Assembly: GCA_964596545.1 (NCBI GenBank)
Contig: CAZQUP010000001.1
Coordinates: forward strand, 70,181 to 134,180
Source: an uncultured Desulfatibacillum sp.
GTDB taxonomy: Bacteria; Desulfobacterota; Desulfobacteria; Desulfobacterales; SpSt-501
DNA length: 64,000 nucleotides
Reading direction: 5' to 3'
Part shown: one piece after another, positions 52,754 to 60,756 of the stretch
Layout: every line of letters begins with the position of its first letter
Numbering within the stretch: position 1 is the stretch's first letter
Program-made: the position numbers and the translations under genes
The notes under the pieces: generated by a model
The model's database searches: none
What the model saw: only the letters and a program-made list of their open reading frames with translations
Told to the model about the DNA's origin: nothing

Positions 52754-52842
52754 GCCGGCGCTCATGGATTTCGGCGACGATCGGTGCTATGCTTGAGGGA
52801 TTCGATCGCGTAGCGATCTCTTCCCCCGGGAAGGACGGATCC

Positions 52843-54471
52843 ATGTATCGCAATCACTTCGGTCTGACGAAGAAGCCCTTTGAGATCAGCCCCGATCCGG
52901 AATTTCTCTGGCTCGGCGAAAAGCACCGCGAAGGGCTCGCCGTGCTCAAGTACGGCATCCTGGAGAACAAGGGGTTTCTGCTCATCACCGGCGAGGTCGG
53001 AACGGGCAAGACGGCTCTGATCCGCGCCATCGAAAAAGAGGTCAAGGCCCGTGCGATCATCGTCACCATCCCGGACCCCGGGATGGGGCTGATGGATTTC
53101 TACCAGTTTCTGGCCTCGGAGCTGAACATCCAGCGCGATTTCCGCAACAAGGGGGAATTCCTCGCCCGCTTCAAGCGGCTGATGCTCGAACACTTCTCGG
53201 GCTACCGCCGCGTGTTGCTGATCATCGACGAATCCCAACGGCTGAACCACGAGCTGCTCGAGGAGATCCGGTTGCTGTCCAACATCGACCTCGAGGGCAA
53301 GGTGCTGATCAACATCTTTTTCGTCGGGCAAAGCGAGTTCCGCGACATTCTCGCCCGCGAGGAAAACCGCGCCGTGCGGCAGCGGATTACGGTGAGCTAC
53401 CACTTGCCGGCGCTCGAGGAAGCCGAGACCGGCCAGTACATCCAGCACCGGCTGCGTGTGGCCGGGGCCCGCGGGGAGATTTTCACGCCGGCCGCCGTCC
53501 GCGCCGTGCAGGAGTTTTCCAAGGGCCTGCCGCGGTTGATCAACATCGTCTGCGATCATGCGATGATGACGGCCTACATCCGCGGCGTGAAGACCATCGA
53601 CGCCGACATCGTGCGCGAATGCGGACGGGAACTGGGAATCACGATCGGAGAGGAACCCGGCCGCCGCCGGAAACACGACGCCGCAGAGGGCAAACCGGCG
53701 GCTCCGGCGGGGAAAAACCACCTCCCCGCCCGGAAAGGATCCCGGACCTCCGCCTCCTGGAGCCGACCCGCCCTCTTTTTCGCCCTGGTTTTGCTCGCTC
53801 TCTTCGGCGGGTGGTATTTCTGGGGGGAGGCGGTATCCCAACAGCTTGCGCTCTGGGGAAGGGGAAAAGAGCCGGCCGCCGGCTCCCTTCCCGGCGGAAA
53901 AGACCGCAGCGCCGCCCTGCAGGCGGCGCCGGCGCTTCCGGTGGAAACCGCTTTGCCCGGGCCACAGGCGGAAGCCGAACCCTCCGCCCCGGCGGCGACC
54001 GAGCCCCCCGCCCGCCTTCCCGCCGCCGCCCTGGAGCCGTCGGCGCCGCAAGCGGCGCCCGAGAGGACAGGCGAAGAACGCCGCAGCGCGCCGGAAGGAC
54101 CCCCGCCGTCCTCCCCGGCCTTTGTGCTGCAGGAATTCACCGTCCTCTTCGAGCCGAACTCCGTCGATCTCACCCCTCGGGCGCGCGAAATCCTCGCCAC
54201 GGCAGGGGGCCTGCTCCGCGCCAGTCCCGGGACGGCGGCGCTCGTGGAGGGGCACTCCGACGGCCTGGGCGACCCGGCCTACAACATGTACCTTTCGGGC
54301 AAGCGGGCGATGGCGGTCCGCAATCAGCTTCTCGCTTTAGGGCTCGACCCCGGGCGGCTGAGGATCTCCGCCTTCGGCGCCGAGCGGCCGGTCGACACCA
54401 ACGAGACCCTCGAGGGCCGCAACCGCAACCGGCGCGTCGTGATCCGCATCGTGCCGCTGTGGGGATCCTGA
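52843..54471 (+). CDS. ExeA/GspA-like AAA ATPase fused through one TM helix to a periplasmic OmpA-like peptidoglycan-binding domain
   Basis: Internal ATG (MYRNHFGLTKKPF). Walker A GEVGTGKT, Walker B LLIIDESQ and the ExeA-like LPRLINIVCD are present. The TM helix is ALFFALVLLALFGGWYFW, followed by a Pro/Ala linker. The C-terminus carries OmpA motifs: VEGHSDGLGDPAYNMYLSGKRA, NRNRRVVI. Confidence 0.75.
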   Translation: MYRNHFGLTKKPFEISPDPEFLWLGEKHREGLAVLKYGILENKGFLLITGEVGTGKTALIRAIEKEVKARAIIVTIPDPGMGLMDFYQFLASELNIQRDFRNKGEFLARFKRLMLEHFSGYRRVLLIIDESQRLNHELLEEIRLLSNIDLEGKVLINIFFVGQSEFRDILAREENRAVRQRITVSYHLPALEEAETGQYIQHRLRVAGARGEIFTPAAVRAVQEFSKGLPRLINIVCDHAMMTAYIRGVKTIDADIVRECGRELGITIGEEPGRRRKHDAAEGKPAAPAGKNHLPARKGSRTSASWSRPALFFALVLLALFGGWYFWGEAVSQQLALWGRGKEPAAGSLPGGKDRSAALQAAPALPVETALPGPQAEAEPSAPAATEPPARLPAAALEPSAPQAAPERTGEERRSAPEGPPPSSPAFVLQEFTVLFEPNSVDLTPRAREILATAGGLLRASPGTAALVEGHSDGLGDPAYNMYLSGKRAMAVRNQLLALGLDPGRLRISAFGAERPVDTNETLEGRNRNRRVVIRIVPLWGS

Positions 54472-54524
54472 CGGCGCCCCCCCCCACTCGTCTTTTGCGG
54501 CCGTCGCGGTGGAGTTGCAGCGGA

Positions 54525-54689
54525 TCAGCTTTTCTTGGAAGTGACGGTCTGAAAGGTCGAGATCTGACGCTTGACTTTCCTGGACTTGCACTCGGGGCAG
54601 GTGATCTTCTTCTTTTCGGCGTCCGAAAGGCTCAAAAAGAGAGCAAACGGTTTCTTGCACGCTTCGCAGTAGAACTCGTACGTCGGCAT
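54525..54689 (-). CDS. FmdB-family (CxxC_CxxC_SSSS) zinc-ribbon protein
   Basis: MPTYEFYCEACKKPF...CPECKS matches the family N-terminus YEY.C..C. RBS GAAAGGAGG lies upstream. The track start at 54722 is an upstream extension. Confidence 0.75.
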   Translation of the reverse strand: MPTYEFYCEACKKPFALFLSLSDAEKKKITCPECKSRKVKRQISTFQTVTSKKS

Positions 54690-54740
54690 CGCGTCACCCT
54701 CCTTTCGGCGTTCTTCGTGCACTCCAACCCAAGCTCCGGT

Positions 54741-54770
54741 ATTTTAACAAAGCGGGAAAAACGCGGTCAA
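54741..54770 (-). promoter_or_regulatory. Sigma-70-like promoter for the fmdB-like gene
   Basis: The minus strand reads TTGACC-N18-TAAAAT, about 50 nt upstream of ATG 54689. Confidence 0.45.
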
Positions 54771-54799
54771 GCCTCGCAGGCCGGCCGGGAAACCTGCGC

Positions 54800-55543
54800 T
54801 CAGCGGTTGCGCGGCGACCAGCGGATGGTCGAGGTCTCGTACTGGACGGCGTAATCGACGCGCTGCAGGAAGTCCATCCCCAGCAAGCCGTCGTGCTGCA
54901 GGTCCTCGCCCTCGAGGGGCAGGATCACTACGGGGAAATCCCGCATCGCGATCGGGCCGACCTGGAGCGTCTCCAGGCGTCCGACCTCGGAATGAACCGT
55001 GCGCCCGCCGGCCAGGCGGGACTGGGCCTTGGCCAACGTCAGCACCCGCAGCCGCTCGGCGACCGGTCGGTAGATGACCGTATGGCTCGCCCCCGTGTCG
55101 AGGACAAGCCGCACCCCGGCCTCGAGACCGTGGTTGCCGAGCTTCACCGGAACGAGAATCCGGTTGCCGACGATCTCGACCTCCGTCTCTTCGGCCTTCC
55201 GCCGCTTCCGCTCCTCCTCCGCGGCCCGGCGGGCCCGCAGCCGTTCCTCCTCCTGGCGCAGTTCCTCCAGGTGCCGTTCCGTCTCCCGCCGACGCTCCGC
55301 CTCGAGTTCCTCTTCGCGGCTGCGGTCGGCCTCGCGCTGCAGGATGCGCACTTCCTCGGGGAGATGGTCGTATTTCTCGAGATACCGCCCGGCCTGCGGT
55401 CGGTATTCCTCCGGGATTTTCCAGAGCTCGTCCACGAAATGGGTCCGGCCGAAGCGGTCGGTGTAGCGGTAGAATTCGGCCGCGGCCGATCCCGGGAAGC
55501 CGAAAAGGAGCAGAAACAGCATCACGACCGCCTCCCGGCTCAT
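54800..55543 (-). CDS. Secreted DUF4124-like domain / charged helix / retropepsin-like (clan AA) aspartic protease
   Basis: Internal ATG giving signal peptide MSREAVVMLFLLLFGFPGSAAA. FYRYTDRFGRTHFVD is DUF4124-like, followed by a ~59-aa E/R/K-rich segment. The protease core is LVLDTGASHTVI with GLLGMDFL. Confidence 0.7.
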   Translation of the reverse strand: MSREAVVMLFLLLFGFPGSAAAEFYRYTDRFGRTHFVDELWKIPEEYRPQAGRYLEKYDHLPEEVRILQREADRSREEELEAERRRETERHLEELRQEEERLRARRAAEEERKRRKAEETEVEIVGNRILVPVKLGNHGLEAGVRLVLDTGASHTVIYRPVAERLRVLTLAKAQSRLAGGRTVHSEVGRLETLQVGPIAMRDFPVVILPLEGEDLQHDGLLGMDFLQRVDYAVQYETSTIRWSPRNR

Positions 55544-56430
55544 CGCCCCTCCCCCGTTCGCCGGCGGGCTGGCGCGACGGCGCGGTTCAAGCTCCCGGCG
55601 ATGTAGCCGCCGAGATCGAGGGTGGCGTAAAGAAAGCCGAGGCCGTGGAAGGCCTGCTCGATCTTGTGCCGCAAAGAGGGAGCCGCGAGGCGGGCGAAAT
55701 CTTCCGGTCGGGCTTCGATGCGAGCGACCTGACCGTGATGGCGCACGCGGACACCGGAAAAACCCTGGTCCTCTAAGAATTCCTCCGCCCGTTCGACCGC
55801 CGCCAGCTCCCGTCGCGTGAGTTCCCGTCCGTAGGGGATGCGCGAGGCGAGACAGGCCATGGCCGGGCGGTCCCACGTGGGAAGTCCCAGACGCCGCGAG
55901 AGGCGCCGGATCTCGGCCTTGTCCAGCCCCGCTTCGATCAGGGGCGCGGCGACCCCCATCTCCCGGGCGGCGCGCAGGCCGGGCCGGAAATCCTTGAGGT
56001 CGTCGAGGTTCGCCCCGTGGGCCACCACGGCGAAACCCCGCCGCTCGGCCGCCGTCCGGATTTCCCGCAAGAGCCTTCGCTTGCAGAAATAGCAGCGGGC
56101 GGGACCGTTGCGCCACACCCCCGCCTGGTCGAGGATCGGCACCCGCAGCCGCAGGTGGGGAACCGCAAGCCGGCGCGCGGTCTCGACCGCGAAGGCGATT
56201 TCCCGCCGGCGCTGCAGAGGGGTATCCGCCGTCACCGCGATGACCCGGCCCTCGAGCGCGCGCCGGGCGGCAAAGAGAAGCAGCGTGCTGTCCACCCCGC
56301 CGGAAAAGGCCACCGCAAGCGCCTCGTAGCGGCTCAGCACCGTCAGCAGGCGCACGCCGGGCGGGGAGCTCCAGGCGGAGGGCCTTTCGTGCTTCCGGGG
56401 GGAGGGAAGACGGCGCATGGGCTTCTTCAT
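55540..56430 (-). CDS. larE: PP-loop ATPase, LarE-type ATP-dependent sulfur transferase family
   Basis: PP-loop AFSGGVDSTLLL, CYFCKR and the LarE-like cysteine motif AMACLASRIPYG are present. The start is set at ATG 56430 (MKKPMRR). The stop overlaps the downstream protease start (ATGA). Confidence 0.7.
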   Translation of the reverse strand: MKKPMRRLPSPRKHERPSAWSSPPGVRLLTVLSRYEALAVAFSGGVDSTLLLFAARRALEGRVIAVTADTPLQRRREIAFAVETARRLAVPHLRLRVPILDQAGVWRNGPARCYFCKRRLLREIRTAAERRGFAVVAHGANLDDLKDFRPGLRAAREMGVAAPLIEAGLDKAEIRRLSRRLGLPTWDRPAMACLASRIPYGRELTRRELAAVERAEEFLEDQGFSGVRVRHHGQVARIEARPEDFARLAAPSLRHKIEQAFHGLGFLYATLDLGGYIAGSLNRAVAPARRRTGEGR

Positions 56431-56448
56431 GGGGTTTGCGGGTCGGGT

Positions 56449-56477
56449 TTGCCAGGGTGCCGCAAATCTTCTATTAG
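56449..56477 (+). promoter_or_regulatory. Sigma-70-like promoter for the peptide ABC transporter operon
   Basis: TTGCCA-N17-TATTAG. The -10 lies inside the first AT-rich repeat. Confidence 0.4.
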
Positions 56478-56499
56478 GGTCTATTAGGTTCATTATAGG
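56470..56499. repeat. Three 10-bp-phased AT-rich direct repeats (candidate operator)
   Basis: TCTATTAGG occurs at 56470 and 56480 (identical copies). A degenerate copy TCATTATAGG starts at 56490. This is the most AT-rich patch I noticed in the window. Confidence 0.6.
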
Positions 56500-56520
56500 C
56501 GGATCCGCACCGAACTGCAA
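56492..56520 (-). promoter_or_regulatory. Sigma-70-like promoter for the larE/protease genes
   Basis: The minus strand reads TTGCAG-N17-TATAAT (perfect -10), and the -10 overlaps the third repeat. Confidence 0.45.
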
Positions 56521-56531
56521 AAGGAGCGCTC

Positions 56532-58634
56532 GTGGGCACACGCCGCATTCTGCTCGGACTCCCGCTGGCGGTCAGCACCCTGCTGCTGCAATCCGTCCTC
56601 TGGATTCCGACCTACGAGGAGCAGGCGCGCGGCAACCCCGGCCGGCTCGAGGAGTTCATCCAGGCATCGATCGGCGACGCCGCCGTCCTCAACCCCATCC
56701 TTTCCACCGATGCCGCGAGTGCGGAAATCGAGCAGCTCGTCTTCGAGGGGCTGCTCGACCGGGACGAGCACCTGCGGTTGCGCGGCAAGCTGGCCGAGTC
56801 CTGGTCCGTCCGTGAGGAGGCGTTCTTTCATGTTCCGGCCGGGGAGGGACAGGAGACGGAAGAGGCCGAGCGGATCGCCGCCCTTTTGCGCGACCGCCGC
56901 GCGCACCCCGACGGGCTTCCCTCCGAGGTGCAGACGACCCTGGCGAACCTCGATGAAATCGCCATCGAGCCTCCCCGCCGCGAGAAGCGCGAAATCGTCG
57001 GATCCTCTGGAGAAACCCTGCACCTGACGCTTTCGATCCCGCCCCGCATCCGCCTTCTGCTCGCGCGGGTCGATCCCGATCTTTTCTCCCGGCTCGAGGT
57101 CCTCCTGGGGGAAGGCTATTTCCTTCGCTTCCGCCCCGAGCTGCACCTCGAGGCCGCCCCTTCCCTTGACGCGGAGGAAACAAGCCGGATCGCGGCGGAA
57201 CTGCTCCCCCCCGTCGAGCACAACCCCGTCATCGAGTTCCGCCTCCGACCGGGTCTCACCTTTCACGACGGACATCCTCTCACCGCCGAAGACGTGCGCT
57301 TTACCTGGCAGGCCGTGATGGACCCGCGGAACCTCTCGCCGCGGGCCTCCGATTTTGAACCCGTGAAGGAGGTGCGCATCCCCGATCCGCGGACGGCGGT
57401 GGTGGTCTACAAGCGCCTCCATGCGCCGGCGCTGGCGAGCTGGACGCTGGGGATTCTGCCCCGGCACCGCCTCGACGAAAACGCCTTGCAGGCCGAAGCG
57501 CTCGCCTCCGGAAAAGACCCCGCCTCCTTCGGGATCCGCCAAAGCCGCTTCAACCGCCAACCCGTCGGCTGCGGGCCTTTCGTCTTTCGCGAGTGGAAAT
57601 CCGATCGCCACATCCGTCTCGAGCGCTTCGCGGGATACTTCGAGGGGCCGCCCGAGTACCGCCGGTTCTCCTTCCGGGTGATCCCGGATCTATTGACTCA
57701 GGAAATGGAGTTCTACGCCGGGACGATCGACGCCTATGCCGTCCAGCCGCATCAGGCGGCACGCCTCGCCGGCGATCCGCGCTTCCAGCATTTCTCCGGC
57801 ACCTCCTTCGCCTACACCTACATCGGCTACAACCTCCGCCGCCCGCCCTTCGACGACCCCCGCGTGCGGCGGGCCCTGGGCCTTGCCGTCCCGGTCGAGC
57901 GGATCATCGAGACCGTGCTCTACGGTCAGGCCGAACGCACGAGCGGTCCGTTTCTGCGGCAGACGCCCTTCTACAACCCGCAGGTCGAACCGCTTCCTCA
58001 TGACCCGGAGACTGCCAGGCGCCTGCTCGAGGAAGCCGGTTGGCGGCCCGGCCCGGACGGTCTGCTCGAGAAAGGCGGCCGACGCCTGCGTTTCACCCTG
58101 ATCACCAACAGCGGCAACGACATCCGCAAATCCATCCTGACGATCGTCCAGGACGCCTGGAAACGTCTGGGCATCGAGGTGCGCACCGATCTCGTCGAGT
58201 GGTCCGTCTTCATCCGCGAGCGGATCCACCGCCTCGATTTCGACGCCGTGGTGCTCGGCTGGTCGATGAGCGTCGAACCCGACCTCTACCCGATCTGGCA
58301 CTCGAGCCAAACCGGCCCGCACCAGCTCAATTTCGTCGGCTACCGCCACCCCGAGGCCGACGCGCTGATCACGCGGATCCGCGAGGAGTACGATCCCGAG
58401 CGTCAGGTCGTCCTGTGCCGCAAACTGCATGCCCGGATCGCCGCCGATCAGCCGATCAACTTCCTCTACGCCGGCAAGTGGACGGCCGTGCTCGACCGGC
58501 GGATCGTGATCCGCGAGCGACAGGGAGGCGAAATCCGCCACCGCCCGATCGAACCCACGGCGACGGGCAATTACCGCTACCACTTCAATCGCTGGGTGAA
58601 GCTCTCCGAGCGCCCGGTGTTCACCGGGCTATGA
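56532..58634 (+). CDS. ABC transporter substrate-binding protein, peptide/nickel family 5, with a large N-terminal-lobe insertion
   Basis: GTG start with RBS AAAGGAG. Family-5 motifs are present (VFEGLLDRD, LAESWSV, RPGLTFHDGHPLTAEDVRFTW, GPFVFREW, YIGYNLRRPPFDD). The protein is 700 aa, against the ~530 aa I recall as usual. Confidence 0.8.
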   Translation: MGTRRILLGLPLAVSTLLLQSVLWIPTYEEQARGNPGRLEEFIQASIGDAAVLNPILSTDAASAEIEQLVFEGLLDRDEHLRLRGKLAESWSVREEAFFHVPAGEGQETEEAERIAALLRDRRAHPDGLPSEVQTTLANLDEIAIEPPRREKREIVGSSGETLHLTLSIPPRIRLLLARVDPDLFSRLEVLLGEGYFLRFRPELHLEAAPSLDAEETSRIAAELLPPVEHNPVIEFRLRPGLTFHDGHPLTAEDVRFTWQAVMDPRNLSPRASDFEPVKEVRIPDPRTAVVVYKRLHAPALASWTLGILPRHRLDENALQAEALASGKDPASFGIRQSRFNRQPVGCGPFVFREWKSDRHIRLERFAGYFEGPPEYRRFSFRVIPDLLTQEMEFYAGTIDAYAVQPHQAARLAGDPRFQHFSGTSFAYTYIGYNLRRPPFDDPRVRRALGLAVPVERIIETVLYGQAERTSGPFLRQTPFYNPQVEPLPHDPETARRLLEEAGWRPGPDGLLEKGGRRLRFTLITNSGNDIRKSILTIVQDAWKRLGIEVRTDLVEWSVFIRERIHRLDFDAVVLGWSMSVEPDLYPIWHSSQTGPHQLNFVGYRHPEADALITRIREEYDPERQVVLCRKLHARIAADQPINFLYAGKWTAVLDRRIVIRERQGGEIRHRPIEPTATGNYRYHFNRWVKLSERPVFTGL

Positions 58635-58659
58635 ACCGCACCGGCGCCGAGGACGGAAC

Positions 58660-59622
58660 ATGACCGCCTTTCTCGCCCGCAGCCTGAAACGGAAACTGGT
58701 CACGCTCTGGTGGGTGACCGTGGTCTCCTTTCTCATCATCCACCTCGCCCCCGGCGAGCCCGCCCAGGTCGATCCGCTCGACCCGAAGTTCACCCCCGAA
58801 ATGGTGGAGCGCTTCCGGCGCGCCTTTCATCTCGACCGGCCGCTTCCGATCCAGTACGTCCTCTTCTACCGCGACCTTTTCACGGGCCGGAGCGTCTCCT
58901 GGAAGGACAGCCGGCCGGTCCTCGAAAAGATCGGCGAGCGCTTCCTGAACAGCCTGCCGCTGTTCGCCGTAGGAACCCTTCTCACCTGGACGCTCGCTTT
59001 CCCGCTCGGCATCCACGCCGTCGTGCGCCGCGGCGGGTTCTTCGACCGCGGAACGGCCTTTTTCGCTTACGTGTTGATCTCTCTTCCCGGATTTTTCTTC
59101 GCTTACCTGCTGATCCTCCTCGTGGTGAACACCCTGGCGGTGCCCGTACTCGGCATGCAGACCTACGGTTTCGAGGACGCTCCCTTCCTCCACCGCCTCA
59201 ACGACCGGCTCTGGCACCTGCTGCTGCCCGCGGGGCTCGGCTCGGCGACGGGGATCGCCGTACTTTCGCGCTACGTCCGCAGCCAGATGCTCGAGGTGAT
59301 CCATCAGGACTACGTCCGCACCGCCCGGGCCAAGGGTCTGCCCGAAGAGACGGTTCTCTACAAGCATGCCCTGCGCAACGCCCTGCTCCCTTTCCTGACC
59401 ATGTTCGGGCTCCTCCTTCCCGGCTTGGTCGGCGGCTCGGTGATCATCGAATCGATCTTCTCCTGGCCGGGTCTGGGACGCCTGGCCTACGAGGCGATCC
59501 TCGCCCGTGATTATCCGGTGATCCTGACGCTCAACTTCATCGCCGCGGTCCTCGTGCTGCTCGGCACCCTGCTCTCCGACCTGCTCTACGCCGCGGCCGA
59601 CCCACGCATCCGGCTCGAATGA
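58660..59622 (+). CDS. ABC transporter permease (DppB/OppB type)
   Basis: IIHLAPGEP, QDYVRTARAKGL and ESIFSWPGLGRL are the characteristic motifs. Confidence 0.85.
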   Translation: MTAFLARSLKRKLVTLWWVTVVSFLIIHLAPGEPAQVDPLDPKFTPEMVERFRRAFHLDRPLPIQYVLFYRDLFTGRSVSWKDSRPVLEKIGERFLNSLPLFAVGTLLTWTLAFPLGIHAVVRRGGFFDRGTAFFAYVLISLPGFFFAYLLILLVVNTLAVPVLGMQTYGFEDAPFLHRLNDRLWHLLLPAGLGSATGIAVLSRYVRSQMLEVIHQDYVRTARAKGLPEETVLYKHALRNALLPFLTMFGLLLPGLVGGSVIIESIFSWPGLGRLAYEAILARDYPVILTLNFIAAVLVLLGTLLSDLLYAAADPRIRLE

Positions 59623-60752
59623 TGGACGCAGCGGCTCTTGCGGAAGCGGACGGCGCCGGCACGGTGCAAAAGCGCGGGCACCTCTGGCGCTCCTTCCGCC
59701 GCAACCGCCCGGCCCTGACCGGGCTCGTGCTCTTCTGCGCCTTCCTGGTTCTCGCCGCGATCGGGGCCGGGGCGACCTCCGGCCGCGACCCGCTCCTCGA
59801 TCCCGCCCGTGTGCGCCTCGAAGAAAGACTCCGCCCTCCCCTCAGCCCGGCCCGGGACGACGAGAATCCCCCGTTTCTCGGGATCTACCTCCTCGGGACC
59901 GACGAGCTGGGGCGGGACCTCTTCGCCCGGATGCTCCAGGGCGCCTGGGTGTCGCTCACGGTAGGCTTCATCGCCGTCGGCATCTCGGTCGCCGTCGGCA
60001 TCCTCGCCGGGGGTGCCGCCGGCCATTACGGCCGTCGCCTGATCCGCCTGCGGCATGCGGCGGTCGCCCTCACCCTCGCCGCGGGCGCGATTCTGGGGGC
60101 GAGCGGACATCTTCCGGCGGGACTGCTCCTTCTCGCCGCGACGCTCTGGGCCTCTCTCGGAGCGCGTCGGCGGCTTCGGAAAAGGGACCGTTCGCAACGT
60201 CCGGGGCTCCTCGATCGCCCGCTCATCGACATCGACACCTTCATCATGCGCATCGTCGACATCCTGCTCTGCTTTCCCAGCTTCTTTCTCATCCTGACCG
60301 TGGTCGCGCTGCTCCCTCCCAGCATGATCACGATCATGGCCGTGATCGGCCTGACGAGCTGGGAAGGGACGGCCCGGTTCGTCCGCGCGGAGTTTCTCTC
60401 GCTCCGCGAACGGGAATTCGTCGACGCCGCGCGCGCCCTGGGGGTCGGCGATCCGGGCATCCTCTTCCGTCACATGCTGCCGAACGCCCTGGGTCCGGTC
60501 TTCGTCTCGGCGACCCTCGGGGTCGCCTCGGCCATCCTTACCGAATCCGGTCTGAGTTTCCTGGGTTTCGGGGTCCCCCCGCCGCACGCCATCTGGGGCA
60601 ACCTTCTCGCCGACGGAAGACGTTTTCTCTTCGATGCCCCCTGGCTCACGCTCGCCCCGGGGTTGGCGATTCTGGTTGTGGTCCTCGCTTTCAATCTCTT
60701 CGGCGAAGGCCTGCGCGATCTCCTCAACCCCCAGGCGCGCGAGGGGAGGTGA
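59619..60752 (+). CDS. ABC transporter permease (DppC/OppC type) with an extra hydrophobic insertion
   Basis: LGTDELGRDLFARML, IMRIVDILLCFPSFFL, FVDAARALG and WGNLLADG are present. About 64 extra residues sit between GHYGRR and IDTFIMRIVD. Confidence 0.8.
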   Translation: MMDAAALAEADGAGTVQKRGHLWRSFRRNRPALTGLVLFCAFLVLAAIGAGATSGRDPLLDPARVRLEERLRPPLSPARDDENPPFLGIYLLGTDELGRDLFARMLQGAWVSLTVGFIAVGISVAVGILAGGAAGHYGRRLIRLRHAAVALTLAAGAILGASGHLPAGLLLLAATLWASLGARRRLRKRDRSQRPGLLDRPLIDIDTFIMRIVDILLCFPSFFLILTVVALLPPSMITIMAVIGLTSWEGTARFVRAEFLSLREREFVDAARALGVGDPGILFRHMLPNALGPVFVSATLGVASAILTESGLSFLGFGVPPPHAIWGNLLADGRRFLFDAPWLTLAPGLAILVVVLAFNLFGEGLRDLLNPQAREGR

Positions 60753-60756
60753 AGCC

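Noticed and set aside
54477-54485. C9 homopolymer considered as a phase-variation tract
   Set aside because: It lies between two convergent 3' ends, not in a coding region or promoter, so length changes would have no obvious switch effect.
56449-56465. Sigma-54 promoter (GGCAC...GCA on the minus strand)
   Set aside because: The spacing between the GG and GC elements is 9 nt rather than the 12-nt register of the TGGCAC-N5-TTGC consensus.
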